Notes under the pieces: generated by a model | Seen by the model: only the letters and a program-made list of their open reading frames with translations | The model's database searches: none | What the model was told of the DNA's origin: nothing | In this document: positions 27,701-37,056 of the stretch, piece by piece | How positions within the stretch are numbered: the first letter of the stretch is position 1 | Layout: each line of letters begins with the position of its first letter | Program-made: the position numbers and the translations under genes | Virus record (IMG/VR): IMGVR_UViG_3300006131_000009 | Reading direction: 5' to 3' (one strand) | DNA length: 64,000 bases | Origin: an uncultured virus (IMG/VR IMGVR_UViG_3300006131_000009) | Lineage: Duplodnaviria; Heunggongvirae; Uroviricota; Caudoviricetes

Positions 27701-28490
27701 CCTGGGCCGACTGCTGCGCCTGTTGTGCTGCCGCTTCCGATGCTGCCTGGGCTTTCTCGGCTTCTGACTGGGCATACTCCGCTTTGCTTCTGGCCGTCTG
27801 GGCGCCAACTTGTGCTAACTCTGCCCCTGTCTTGGCACTTTCCGCCGCTGCTTGAGCCGCCTCTGCCTCCCGCGCGCTTCTGGCCGCCGCAGCTTTGCTC
27901 ACCTGGGTCTCCATAGCATTGACAAATGCCATATTTCTGTCTTCCGCAGCTTCCTTTGCACTGGCTGCCGCCGCCCTTTCACTCTCCGCCGCCGCCTGCT
28001 GGCTCTCCTGCGCCGCTTGGGCGCTTTGGGCCGCCTGCTGGATCGTACCCTTAATGGTGTCGATCTGCACCTGCAGCTGCTCGGCCTGGGTAGGCGTCGG
28101 GTCAGTCGGCTCCCCCGCCTCCAGGCAAATGGGCGCCGCATCGACCCATAGGGTCGTCTCCAAGGACCGCTGGCGTCTGCCCTCCTGGTAGCCATCAACA
28201 ATAAAGGTGAGTTCTCCTGCCTGCTCCAGCGGCTCGCCGGGAATGGGAAGGCAGTAGATGCGGGTACTCTCGGCGGCATTTTCTAACAGGTCGGCCGTCA
28301 ATACACGCTTCACTGGGTCTTCCATCAGCGCATTCCAAAATGTCACCGTTTTGGCGTAGCTGTCCCAACTGGGGTCAAACTCGATGCGCAAAGTCTTGGC
28401 ATTGGCCTCGTGCTGCACGCCTGCGTGCTTGTTGTCCTTTGTCAAATAGCTGCCGTTTATCTTAATTTCGATTGTTCCTGCCATCGTCAT
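24771..28490 (-). CDS. tail fibre with SHAEG and YadA-head-like repeats
   Basis: Ala-rich coiled coil, 14-aa SHAEG repeats, three RSNAHTLDWxGNAWYAGKV modules. Confidence 0.85.
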   Translation of the reverse strand: MTMAGTIEIKINGSYLTKDNKHAGVQHEANAKTLRIEFDPSWDSYAKTVTFWNALMEDPVKRVLTADLLENAAESTRIYCLPIPGEPLEQAGELTFIVDGYQEGRRQRSLETTLWVDAAPICLEAGEPTDPTPTQAEQLQVQIDTIKGTIQQAAQSAQAAQESQQAAAESERAAAASAKEAAEDRNMAFVNAMETQVSKAAAARSAREAEAAQAAAESAKTGAELAQVGAQTARSKAEYAQSEAEKAQAASEAAAQQAQQSAQEAAESAELAQAAQVGAEIAKSAAQKAQAGAEAVLEETKTIGVGRSMAGKSVEPTSGTMITAGEGAEIFNDYTERTYLNTGAAHSGNVASGVHSHAEGSRTTAIGNYSHTEGSGTAARKEGGHAEGIETRALSDGSHAEGKETVAGSYSYSCDGAHAEGVGTSAWGEASHAEGSHTSVNSYAAHAEGLNTIASGNYSHAEGQQTWASGDAGHAEGYFTTANGNYSHAEGCCVIADGFAAHAEGGCMGEIQPDIYLRAGGDFSHAEGVGTQAFWRAQHVQGEYNIADGYEPQDASLSGHVRGNYAHIVGNGNSDTERSNAHTLDWDGNAWYAGKVSAGTAEAPALVENTNDLTTKQYVDNLAGTLATKVEIDALTEKDQSLEASIAELEVSRVGQSIAGQSVEPTLGTIVTAGEGAEIFNDYRQREFYENNIEAVAGNVASGEYSHAEGQSTTASGGNSHAEGLGTMADGSESHAEGFDTMANGDQSHAEGQRTTASGDYSHAEGYQTTASGNSSHAEGEWSEASGGASHAEGQGTTAYGLCQHVQGMFNVSDKSGTYAHIVGNGTLQSRSDAHTLDWNGNAWYAGKVSAGTTESPAAVENDNDLTTKQYVDNLASSAVAAHNESQDAHAGILQKKLTGEAGQTVMIGEDGSAAAVTQPNFTNGVDIGRDNNFVGHSSLAMGNNNLAGYSTKVKVLSFDKQTNTLTLEKATLRVNVGDEIILEHNVTTTDKLTAALVTEIDPDNKKIIKVSDVGSKPAYAYAMKGDTNGNLCLGDRNTATGNATLAAGRFNAAAGNYSVAIGTQNTANGTGAIAMGDTNSAAGYGAIALGAGAVANGDAAIAIGETSAAIGYGALAFGAGTIAHDYQFVCGAENIEEPAADWGEGHLFIVGNGDSDTSRSNAHTLDWSGNAWYAGKVSVGTAEAPAAVENDNDLTTKQYVDTGRLPAGGTAGQFLQKATAADYDVQWVSVTDGNEVSY

Positions 28491-28621
28491 ACCTCGCTGT
28501 CAAAAAGGAGGCAGCGGCAAAAGGCCGCATGCCCCCAGGTCGGTGTCTTCTTCCCCTCCAACGCTTCTCCGCCTTCGGGCCTGTCCTCCTTGAAACTGCC
28601 AGTTCGCAGAGGGCTATAAAA

Positions 28622-29026
28622 TTAAAGGTCTGCAATATGCGTCGCCTTCATAGATTTCTCGATCAGTTTTGTTGTCTCATAGTCCTGCATCTCGCTCTGG
28701 TCTAAAAGCTCGGCAAACTTTCTTTTGATTTTGACGCGCTCGCCGCGCTTTATGTAGCAGTTTTCATCACCCACCGCCACATACACGTCGTCGGCATACT
28801 TGCCGCTGCCCTTAAAGAGCTTCACCTCAACGTATTCGTTCCAGTAGTCTTCACGCTGCTTGCGCAGCTCTTTTTCCTCCTGGCTCATCTCCCCTTTGGC
28901 AGCTGCCTGGGCCTGCTCCACAATGAGTTTGGCCTGCTCCTGGGCCTTTTGGAGCATCCCCTCGATCTGTTTCTGCACAGCTTCAAGGTCCATAGGTTCC
29001 ATTTTGGTCTCCTTTTTCTCAGCCAT
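28622..29026 (-). CDS. virion-associated hypothetical protein downstream of MCP
   Basis: VKLFKGSGKYADDVYVAV...IKRGERV. Confidence 0.7.
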   Translation of the reverse strand: MAEKKETKMEPMDLEAVQKQIEGMLQKAQEQAKLIVEQAQAAAKGEMSQEEKELRKQREDYWNEYVEVKLFKGSGKYADDVYVAVGDENCYIKRGERVKIKRKFAELLDQSEMQDYETTKLIEKSMKATHIADL

Positions 29027-29044
29027 ATCGTCACTCTCCCTCTC

Positions 29045-29275
29045 ACTTTTTTCCGCTTCCGCCTACGGCGAAAGCTCCGACCGTTCGCGGGTCGTTCCAT
29101 CTCCGGCCTAAGAACCGCCGCGTTGCGGCGGTTGGCCTCCGAATCGCCCGCCTGCGGACGGGTGTCCTCTCCCCACAAGGCTGTCGCCTTGCGGGGGCCC
29201 CATTTCGTGCTGCAGTTCGGTGTCTCCCCGTCAAGGGTCAAGCCCTTGCGGGGGCCCCATTACGGGGCCCCTTTT
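29045..29275. repeat. GC-rich composite palindromic element
   Basis: ~100 bp nearly identical to 36490-36590 and 56584-56687. Confidence 0.85.
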
Positions 29276-29289
29276 GTTGCGGAAGCCCG

Positions 29290-30336
29290 TTAGTTATTCG
29301 CTGTCGGATTGCTGGTGGAAGTGGACTCGATGCGGACCATAAACTGCTCCACCAGCCGCTCGGCCACCTTGGTACCCTTCCAGCCCACGGTTGCTCGCTG
29401 ATTCAAGGCGTCGGAAGTGCCGGCGGAGCCCAGCTGCTTGACAATGTGCTCCAGGCCGCCGCCCTCGATCTCTGTGACGCCGTAGGCGTTGTCGCCTAAA
29501 ACAAGGGTAGCGTAGACCGCCCGCTGGGAAGCAGTAGCCGTGCCGGAGGACTTGTCCTTGGCCGCCTTGGCCCAAACCTTGGCCTCTGTGGTCTCCACAA
29601 AGCGCACGCCGGCGATCTTGCCGATCTCGCCCTCGTACCAGTCGGCAGGATCACAGTAGGTCCGCACGTCTTTCCATTCCGGGTCGTTCATCAGGTCATA
29701 GGAAACGTCCGGGTGGATGATGGCCACAAAGCTGTCACCAATCTTCTCTGCGTTCTGATTCTTCAGCATCCGGACCGCCTTTTTGATGTCGTCTACACTC
29801 AAATAGCAGTTGTCTGCCGCCGTGGCGCTACCGCCCACTAAGTCCTCTCTTGCCGACACGCCGCCGGAGTAGAGCACATTGGTGCCACCGCACAGCACTT
29901 CTCTTGTAATGGTGTCCAGGGACTGGCCGGCCTGATTGCCCAGGAGCTTGGTGGCCTGGACCATGGTGTTGTCGATGGCCGTCATCTGGAGCATATCCGA
30001 AATCGTCACATAGCCGCCGTACTGGGCCACCGTCGCCTCTACTGTAGTAACAGTCAGGCTCTGTCCGTCGGGAGTCACGCCTTCTGTCAGGGCTGTGGTC
30101 AGCTTCGGCAAGGGGCTAAATTTGCGGAACTCAATGGTCTTGCCGCCGTTTTTCGGAATGGGATGCTTCTGGCCAAACTGGTCGTGGACCAGCTTGGGAG
30201 CAGCGTTGTCGATGAGATAGTCGCTGTAGTAGGTCTTCATCTCCGAAGACAGGCTGGACGCGCCAGTCGTCTGGGTGTTGGGTGCGGTTGTCGTTGCGTC
30301 AGCAAAAAGCTGAAGATCGTATGTATCGTTGTGCAT
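29290..30336 (-). CDS. major capsid protein, N4-gp56 family
   Basis: LQLFA N-terminus; MKTYY, GKTIEFRK, LTEGVTP, GEIGKIAGVRFVET. Confidence 0.95.
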   Translation of the reverse strand: MHNDTYDLQLFADATTTAPNTQTTGASSLSSEMKTYYSDYLIDNAAPKLVHDQFGQKHPIPKNGGKTIEFRKFSPLPKLTTALTEGVTPDGQSLTVTTVEATVAQYGGYVTISDMLQMTAIDNTMVQATKLLGNQAGQSLDTITREVLCGGTNVLYSGGVSAREDLVGGSATAADNCYLSVDDIKKAVRMLKNQNAEKIGDSFVAIIHPDVSYDLMNDPEWKDVRTYCDPADWYEGEIGKIAGVRFVETTEAKVWAKAAKDKSSGTATASQRAVYATLVLGDNAYGVTEIEGGGLEHIVKQLGSAGTSDALNQRATVGWKGTKVAERLVEQFMVRIESTSTSNPTANN

Positions 30337-30366
30337 CGTCTTTTCCCCTTTCTAAATTGGTAAAAA

Positions 30367-31554
30367 TTAAAATCGAATTTTTTCTCCCCGTCTTGCCCGC
30401 CTTGCGATCTCCGCCCGGTCTGCACGGGTCAGATGGGAAACGTCGCTTTTAATCACAGCGGCGCTTTGGAAGGATGTCCCATTTTCACTGGGACGGGCCG
30501 CCTTGGCCTTGATCCTGGCCTCTACCTGCTGGCCGGCCGTCTGGGCAGCCGACCGGGCCGCTTGCTCCTTGATCTCGTCCATGTGCATCAGCTCATATGC
30601 CTTCTGCACTGGGATGCCTGCCCGCAGCAGCCCTAAGAAGTCCCGGTCAGCGGACTCGCGTCTGAAGTCGAAGGACGGATATAGCGCTTTCACATCCTCC
30701 GCCTGGCGATACCACTGCTCCAGCTGCTGATTCATCCGCTGCTGGCCTTCTTCCCGCTGACGGATACGCCGCAGCTCCTCGTTCTCCCGCTGGAGCTTCT
30801 GCATGGCCTTGTACTGCTCCACCGTCATGCCCGCCTCTTCGGCTGCACTTTCCCAGTATTGGCTGTCATCCTCGATGGCCGCCTGGAGCTTGCCCAGATC
30901 GCCGTCTGCGATTTTGTATCGCTGCAGCAGCATATCCATAATGGGCTTTTGTGCATTGAGGCTGTTTTCTGTCTCCTTGGCCTGCTTGAAGCGGCGGTTA
31001 AAGTAGGCGTTGAATTTTTCTGTGTATTGGTCTTTGTACTCGCCTTCAATTAGCTCTTCAAAGGCTTTGCGCTTTGCTTCCTTGTCAGAAGGAACTTCGC
31101 TTTGTGAGGTCCCCTCTGGCTTGGTCATCACGCCTGAGGACTCGGCGCTACCTTGGCCTTTGCTCCCGGCATCGGAGCTTGTGGCGTCGGGCGCTGGAGC
31201 GTCCTCCTGCTTGCCGTACACCACATTGGATAATTCGCCCGATTTTTGCCGCCGGCCAGACCCTGTCGTCCTCGCAAAGTCCGCTTCTCTTTCCCCGGCG
31301 CAAGCGCCAGGCATCGCTCCACTTCCTTGCTCGTCCGCTCCCCACGAAACTACCGTTTCGCGGGGACCCCTTTTTTTCGCTCGCGGGCGGGTATCGCCTT
31401 CCCCATGAAACTGCCGTTTCGCAGAGTCCTCTTTGTCTCCAGCCACCGGTAAGTCGCTCTGTGTCGCCTGCATGGCGCCTTCGCCACCTTCCCCGGCGGC
31501 CGCGCCGTCTGCAAATAGCTGCAGGTCGATTTTGAGCAGGTTTTCGTTTTGCAT
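30367..31554 (-). CDS. capsid scaffolding protein with in-frame repeat insertion
   Basis: IDLQLFAD N-terminus, coiled coil, RPSENG...RGEKIRF; upstream of MCP. Confidence 0.85.
   Translation of the reverse strand: MQNENLLKIDLQLFADGAAAGEGGEGAMQATQSDLPVAGDKEDSAKRQFHGEGDTRPRAKKRGPRETVVSWGADEQGSGAMPGACAGEREADFARTTGSGRRQKSGELSNVVYGKQEDAPAPDATSSDAGSKGQGSAESSGVMTKPEGTSQSEVPSDKEAKRKAFEELIEGEYKDQYTEKFNAYFNRRFKQAKETENSLNAQKPIMDMLLQRYKIADGDLGKLQAAIEDDSQYWESAAEEAGMTVEQYKAMQKLQRENEELRRIRQREEGQQRMNQQLEQWYRQAEDVKALYPSFDFRRESADRDFLGLLRAGIPVQKAYELMHMDEIKEQAARSAAQTAGQQVEARIKAKAARPSENGTSFQSAAVIKSDVSHLTRADRAEIARRARRGEKIRF
31265..31435. repeat. palindromic element in frame inside the scaffold gene
   Basis: Same hairpin modules as 31595-31770 and 36590-36648. 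Confidence 0.8.
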
Positions 31555-31594
31555 TTGTCAATGCTCCTTTCTTCAGGGCCTTTCCCCCAGGTCA

Positions 31595-31880
31595 GCGTCG
31601 TCGCAAAGTCCATTTCGCTTTCCCCGGCGCAAGCGCCAGGTATCGCTCCATTTCCTTGCTCCATCTCTGCGCCAAGAGCCGTCGCTTCGCGCCGCTTGCG
31701 CTCCGAAACACCTCGCTGCGGCTCGGCGTCCTTTTCCCCACGAAACTGCCGTTTCATGGGGACCCCATTTTTACCGATGGGTTTCGGTCTGATTTTTTCG
31801 AGGTCTTTCCCCCAGGTCACGTCAGAGCAAGCTCCACATTCCTCACCCCGCCGCAAGCGGCAGGTCTCGTCCGTTTCGCT
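31595..31880. repeat. palindromic element(s) between Prp and scaffold genes
   Basis: Core CCAAGAGCCGTCGCTTCGCG; CCCCACGAAACTGCCGTTTC hairpin; direct repeat CTTTCCCCCAGGTCA at 31580 and 31805. Confidence 0.8.
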
Positions 31881-31905
31881 GCTCTTCCTTCCCGAATTGC
31901 ACCCG

Positions 31906-32238
31906 CTATCGCTGGGCTGCAATTCGGTCTATTGTCAGGTCTGCACAGTCCGGATACTGGGCCGCGATCTGCCTAAAGCCTGTCACAGCCATGCCAAACA
32001 CCGCAGACACCAACTGCGTTTTTTTGCAGCACACACAGACATATCCTTTGGCAACCGTCGGCTTTTCTCTGTAGATAGTCTGCGGCCTCTCCAGCTGCTC
32101 CAGATACCCCAACAGCGCTTGAATAATAGCCGATACGCCGGCGCATACGATGTCTCTTCCCTCTGGCCCATAGCCGGCGTGACCCTGTATGCGAAGCTCA
32201 CACCAGCTATCGCCTTCTCTGTAGTAAATGTCAATCAT
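31906..32238 (-). CDS. prp: ribosomal-processing cysteine protease Prp (phage-encoded)
   Basis: IQGHAGY...DIVCAGVSA...QYPD motifs. Confidence 0.9.
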   Translation of the reverse strand: MIDIYYREGDSWCELRIQGHAGYGPEGRDIVCAGVSAIIQALLGYLEQLERPQTIYREKPTVAKGYVCVCCKKTQLVSAVFGMAVTGFRQIAAQYPDCADLTIDRIAAQR

Positions 32239-34669
32239 TCATGCTGGGCATCGCGTTTTTCGCCAGCCTTTCGCCATAGGCAGTCATAGTGCTGGTCTGG
32301 GCCCGTTTTTGCGCTTGCCCCATACTCTTTCCCGCGACGCTTGGCCGTCCTTGGCCGCCATGGCCCATATTCTGACGCCCGCCTTCCGGCAGACGCGGTG
32401 CATCCCGGAGCTTTGCCTGCCTATCCGCTTCCTCTCCTCCACGGCCAGCCCCATTCTGGCCGCCCATCGCGTCTTGCCCCGCAACAGTTTGAATGAGAGC
32501 CGCCATCTTGGCCATCTGCTGCTGCATTTGGGCCATCTGGTTTTGCAGCGTCTGGCCCTGCTGGACGGTGTCTTTGACCTTCTGCAATCCGTCAAAGTCC
32601 ATCAGCTCCAGGGCCGCCATGGTCTGCTGGGCCAGCTGGGGATTGAAAAATCCCATCTGGTACAGCTCTTTGGCCAGCTCATTCTGGGCCATCTTGGAGT
32701 AGGGCGAACGCTTCTGGGGCCTTACCACAATGTCAAATACAGGTTTGCGGCTGGCCTCCATATACCCAGGCTCCAGCTCCTGGCCGGCGTAGGCCGGCGG
32801 CAGCGGCTGGGGACGGATGGAATCGTTTGAAAATTGGATGTACTGGTTTTCCCCTGTAGGACCTGTGATCCGGAACATCCTGTGTTCGTCATAAAACTGG
32901 CGGATCAGCTCAATGGCCAGGTAGCACTCCTGGGTGTACGACCGATAGGAGGCGGCGATCATGTCGCGGCTTGTCTTGTTGCCCGCCTCTTGCAGCGCCG
33001 CAATGGCCGCAGCCGCCGTGACGCCGCCGGAGGAAGACCCCTGGCTCACGTCCCGGTTGGAGGATGTCTCCTTCAGCTCGTCGATCTTCATCTGCAAGAC
33101 ATTCAGCACATTGCCGCCCACCTGCTGGACCTGCAGAGGCTGAATGTTTGCGATGTCGCCCTCGTATTCCACCAGAGGGTCCGACCAGTCGAGAAACTGC
33201 TCTTTGTTGATGCCAGCGCTTTTTTTCACCATGTATCGCACCTTGGCGCTCATCATGGAGTTTTCCAGGATCACCTGGCTCATCTTGTCGATGTAAAGCT
33301 GGGGCGATTTCATAATGGCGATGTATCCAAAGCCTACCGGCGTCCCCTCTTCCGGGAACAGCACATCAAATAGGACCGGGTATCGGCCGTGGTCGTAAAA
33401 ACCGCGGTCTCGGTACTCGTCTTCATTCTCGCTGGCGTAGAGAATCTCTCCTGCTGCAAACTTGCAGTAGTGGAGTAGGATTTTCCCTTCCGGCGTCCGC
33501 TTTTTGTAGTACCAATCGACTACAACTGTCTTGTCTGTAACGTCTACTGTGTCGTCGTAGACGTACTGCTTGACGTCGATGATCTGCCCGCCAGTCTTGC
33601 CCCGCAGCTGGGGATACTGCTGCTGCAAAAGGTCGCTATCCTGCAAGTCCACTACAAAGAGATTGCGGCTGGCCTGCAAGTCTGTAATGCCCGGCTCCCA
33701 GAAGATGTTCAGCATATCGATGAAGCGGACGTCTACATCCCCCATGCCGTCTTCTAAGTCTTTGTTCCAGAACACGCCCTTTGCCACCACGCCGTGTTTC
33801 AGCTTGTACCAGGCGCTTTGGGAGTATGTCTTTTCATATTCGTTTCTGTCAAAGACCACCGGTAAAATAGCGGATAAGGTGTCGGCGCCCTTTTCGTCCT
33901 GCTGCTCTCTTGGCAGCACGTTGGGCTCCGGGTAGTTGTCCATGATGTCGGCGTGCTTGTTGGCGATGGAGTTGAAGAGCCAGGCCGAGGTAGGCTCCGG
34001 TCTTTTCTCCTCGCCCTGCATCTGGTAACTTCCCTTGCCTCGTATTACGTCCCAGTGGCGAAGGCGCCACCAGCGCTCTTCCTCGACAATCCGGCTTTCC
34101 AGATTGCGCTTGCCCTCTTTGTACTTTTTCAGTGTGGCAATGGCCCTGGCGATGTCTTTTTTACTCAGAACCTGCGCCGGCCCCTGGCCCGTGGCCTGGA
34201 CCATTGCGCCTACCTGGGCGCTATCTTCCCATGGAGCCCCGCCTGCCGTCCCCATCGGACCCACCTGCGCAGCCTTATCCGCCTGGGCCATTGCGTCAGT
34301 CAAGACCGACCTGCCCGCCTGCACCCTATCTGCCAGCGCGTCCCTGCTCACCGCTCCGCTTCTACCAGCTTGTGCCATCGCATCAGCTTCAGCCGGCAGC
34401 CCATCTGCCGCCCTAGCTGCTATGTCCGCCTGTGGCCGGTCCCTGGCCGGCGCTGCCAGAGCCATATCCTCCCGGCTCTCTGACGGCTGCCCGCCTCCAG
34501 CATCCTCTCGCCCAAGTCTCTCGTAAGGCCGGCCTGCCCCCTGCGCTTGAGCTTGGCCACCTCTTGCGCCAAGGCCCAGCTTCTGAGCCGCCAGGGCCAA
34601 ATAGTCTCTTGGCGTTTTCCCCGCCCGGTTGGGCGTCAATCCCGGCCGCCCGGAATAGCTTTCGTCCAT
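32231..34669 (-). CDS. portal protein (podovirus-type) with low-complexity N-terminal extension
   Basis: SAWLFNSIANKHAD, NYPEPNVLPRE, GVTAAAAIAALQEAG; follows terminase. Confidence 0.9.
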   Translation of the reverse strand: MDESYSGRPGLTPNRAGKTPRDYLALAAQKLGLGARGGQAQAQGAGRPYERLGREDAGGGQPSESREDMALAAPARDRPQADIAARAADGLPAEADAMAQAGRSGAVSRDALADRVQAGRSVLTDAMAQADKAAQVGPMGTAGGAPWEDSAQVGAMVQATGQGPAQVLSKKDIARAIATLKKYKEGKRNLESRIVEEERWWRLRHWDVIRGKGSYQMQGEEKRPEPTSAWLFNSIANKHADIMDNYPEPNVLPREQQDEKGADTLSAILPVVFDRNEYEKTYSQSAWYKLKHGVVAKGVFWNKDLEDGMGDVDVRFIDMLNIFWEPGITDLQASRNLFVVDLQDSDLLQQQYPQLRGKTGGQIIDVKQYVYDDTVDVTDKTVVVDWYYKKRTPEGKILLHYCKFAAGEILYASENEDEYRDRGFYDHGRYPVLFDVLFPEEGTPVGFGYIAIMKSPQLYIDKMSQVILENSMMSAKVRYMVKKSAGINKEQFLDWSDPLVEYEGDIANIQPLQVQQVGGNVLNVLQMKIDELKETSSNRDVSQGSSSGGVTAAAAIAALQEAGNKTSRDMIAASYRSYTQECYLAIELIRQFYDEHRMFRITGPTGENQYIQFSNDSIRPQPLPPAYAGQELEPGYMEASRKPVFDIVVRPQKRSPYSKMAQNELAKELYQMGFFNPQLAQQTMAALELMDFDGLQKVKDTVQQGQTLQNQMAQMQQQMAKMAALIQTVAGQDAMGGQNGAGRGGEEADRQAKLRDAPRLPEGGRQNMGHGGQGRPSVAGKSMGQAQKRAQTSTMTAYGERLAKNAMPSMND

Positions 34670-34699
34670 CTGTTTTCCTCCTCACAATGGCCCAGGCCA

Positions 34700-34898
34700 C
34701 CTTCTCTTGCCCCTCCGGGGCAATTCACCTTGCGTCCGCTTCCTTTCCATCCGCCTGGTGGCGAATATCCGCTCCGTTTCCTTGTTCGATCTCCGGCCTA
34801 AGAGCCGCCCTGTGGGCGGTTGGCCTCCGAAACACCTCGCTGCGGCTCGGCGTCGTCTTCCCCACAAAACCCACTTTGTTGGGCTTCTGCGGGGTCCC
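34700..34898. repeat. palindromic element between terL and portal
   Basis: ATCTCCGGCCTAAGAGCCGCC..GGCGGTTGGCCTCCGAA core; abuts the terL stop. Confidence 0.8.
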
Positions 34899-36329
34899 CT
34901 AATATTTCCTGTAAAATGCGTACCGGTCCGGCTTTCCATCGTCATCCGCCCGTAACGGATCGTAGACTTCTGGCCTCCGCTCCAGCGCCTTGACCGGCTT
35001 CATGGGGTTGGCCATGCATAGGTAGCGCACCTCGTCCGCTACATGGTCTTCCTGTTTGGTGTCGATGTCCTCCGGCCTATTTTCATCGTATAAAAGCAGC
35101 GGAATTGTCCTGATAAACGCCTTGCAGCACGAAAAAACATACATCATGGGTACGCCGTCGGGGTCAAACTGCATTCTGTAGTGGACCTGCATCCAGCCCG
35201 GCAGCCGCTTGTGGTCCCCCTTTTCAAAGTAGACGCCGTGGCGCTCCGCCGTCTCGGCGATGGACACGCCGTGGCTGGCCTCCCAGATGGCCGGGTCCGC
35301 TACCCCTTGGATGCGCTTGCCCGCCAACCACGGGTGCTCGCACTCCAGCCGGTGGATTTCGGTAAATATCTCGTCCGGCGACCACTTGAGTCCCACATCC
35401 GCTTCCTGGGCCACACATCCGTATAGCTCCAGTATCCTGTAGAGCCTGCCGTCGTAGTCCACCGCCCACCAGCCGCAGGAGAAGGGCTTGGAGTAGCCAA
35501 AGTCGAAGCTGCGCCAGATAGGCCACTGGCTGGGCGGATCAAAGGGTGCGATGACGTGGGTCCACAGTCTGTCGTCATAGTGGTCAGAGTCGTTGCGAAA
35601 CTCCTCGAATACCTGCCCTTCGTATACGTCCCAGCAGCCGTCCAGATGGGCCTTTCTCTTGTGCTCCGGCAGGGCCTTCAGCATATCCACATACTCTGGG
35701 TTTGCCTCCATGAGGACCTTGTTGTCGTAGATGCCCGCCTGGATAAACACATAGTCGTCTGGGTTTTCTGTCTCCTTAAAATTGCGGTCAATAAAGATTC
35801 TCTTGATGTACCCGTGGCCCACGCCGCCTGGGTTCATGGTGTAATAGACTCTGGGCTTAAAGTCTGTGCGGGTGGTGCGCAGGGACGTGCAGATGAAGGT
35901 GATCCACTCCTCCGGAAACTGGGTCGCCTCCTCAAAGATGATGAAGTCGAACTCCTGGCCCTGGTACTGTAGCAGGTCTCCATCGTTATCGCAGTAGCCA
36001 AGACTGAGCCTGCTGTCGTTGGGAAAGAGGAAGGCCCTTTCGTCCTGGTTGTATTTGGCATAGCCGTATAGCTCTTTGCGCAGCGGGATGATGTGGTTGT
36101 TGCGCAGCTCCGGCATGGTCCGGCGCAGAAGAAGGCCCCGCAGACCGTCGTAGCGCATACACAGCATGACTGCCTTGCGCCGGCCGGCCCAGCTTTTGCC
36201 GCCGCCTCGCGCTCCACCGTAGCCGATGTGCTTGGCCCTGGCCTGAAAGAAGGCCACCTGCTTTGGATTCGGCACTTCTTCCCGTAGGTGCCGGAAAATT
36301 AAAGGCTCCGTCGTCCTCACAACCTCCAT
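34899..36329 (-). CDS. terL: terminase large subunit
   Basis: GGARGGGKS Walker A, FIIFEE Walker B, SFDFGY nuclease, DHVADE. Confidence 0.95.
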   Translation of the reverse strand: MEVVRTTEPLIFRHLREEVPNPKQVAFFQARAKHIGYGGARGGGKSWAGRRKAVMLCMRYDGLRGLLLRRTMPELRNNHIIPLRKELYGYAKYNQDERAFLFPNDSRLSLGYCDNDGDLLQYQGQEFDFIIFEEATQFPEEWITFICTSLRTTRTDFKPRVYYTMNPGGVGHGYIKRIFIDRNFKETENPDDYVFIQAGIYDNKVLMEANPEYVDMLKALPEHKRKAHLDGCWDVYEGQVFEEFRNDSDHYDDRLWTHVIAPFDPPSQWPIWRSFDFGYSKPFSCGWWAVDYDGRLYRILELYGCVAQEADVGLKWSPDEIFTEIHRLECEHPWLAGKRIQGVADPAIWEASHGVSIAETAERHGVYFEKGDHKRLPGWMQVHYRMQFDPDGVPMMYVFSCCKAFIRTIPLLLYDENRPEDIDTKQEDHVADEVRYLCMANPMKPVKALERRPEVYDPLRADDDGKPDRYAFYRKY

Positions 36330-36648
36330 ATCCCTCGACCTGCCACAAGCGGCAGGTCTCGTCCATTGCGGTGTTCGTCCATCTCCGGCCCAAGCGCTAC
36401 CGCTTCGCGGCAGTTGGCCTCCGTCGTCGAAAGAAACTCCATATTCGTTCCCTCCGCCTTGCGGCGAAGCTCGCTACATTTCGTTCTTTCATCTTCGGCC
36501 CAAGAGCCGCCGCTTCGCGGCGGTTGGCCTCCGAATCGCCCGCCTGCGGACGGGTGTCCTCTCCCCACAAGGCTGTCGCCTTGTGGGGTCCCCTTTTGCA
36601 CCTGCGGGCGGGTGTCTCCCCACGAAACTGCCGTTTCGCGGGGTCCCC
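36310..36648. repeat. tandem palindromic element between terS and terL
   Basis: Two core copies (~36389 and ~36499) plus hairpin modules; overlaps the terL start. Confidence 0.85.
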
Positions 36649-36649
36649 C

Positions 36650-36976
36650 TTATTTCGCCCACTCATCGAGTACCCCTTCAAATTTCACCACCTGGGTCCC
36701 CGTGGTCTCCACACTTCCGTCAATATCCAATGCCTGGGGGCTTTTTCCGTACCACATCTCGGCAAACCACCGCTCTATGTCCGCTTTCACCTTGACTGGC
36801 GTTTTCGGATCGTCGCACAGCCCCCGCAGCCTAGCAGGGGCCTGTTTTGCATAGTCCTTAAACTCGGCAGGTAGGGGAGCCCGGCCCCGCGGGTTGGCGT
36901 TGTTGCCCTTTCCAAATCTCCCCTTTGCATCTCGATTTGCTCCGGTTTCTTTCCGTTTAGCCGGCTGCTCTTCCAT
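36650..36976 (-). CDS. terS: terminase small subunit
   Basis: RDAKGRFGKGNNANPRGR; upstream of terL. Confidence 0.75.
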   Translation of the reverse strand: MEEQPAKRKETGANRDAKGRFGKGNNANPRGRAPLPAEFKDYAKQAPARLRGLCDDPKTPVKVKADIERWFAEMWYGKSPQALDIDGSVETTGTQVVKFEGVLDEWAK

Positions 36977-37056
36977 CGTAAGTCCCCCTTCCTATAGCTC
37001 TATCTCCATGATAAGATAAAAAATAGAGACCACAGCGACAACTGTCGCCGTAGCCT

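Noticed and set aside
25000..28300. Numerous plus-strand ORFs within the tail fibre and other long genes
   Set aside because: Antisense shadows of biased-codon repeat genes; no RBS or promoter support.
36263..36874. Several overlapping ORFs across the terS-terL repeat (also 28860-29293, 31350-31922, 56397-57018)
   Set aside because: Open frames arise from GC-rich, stop-poor repeat sequence.
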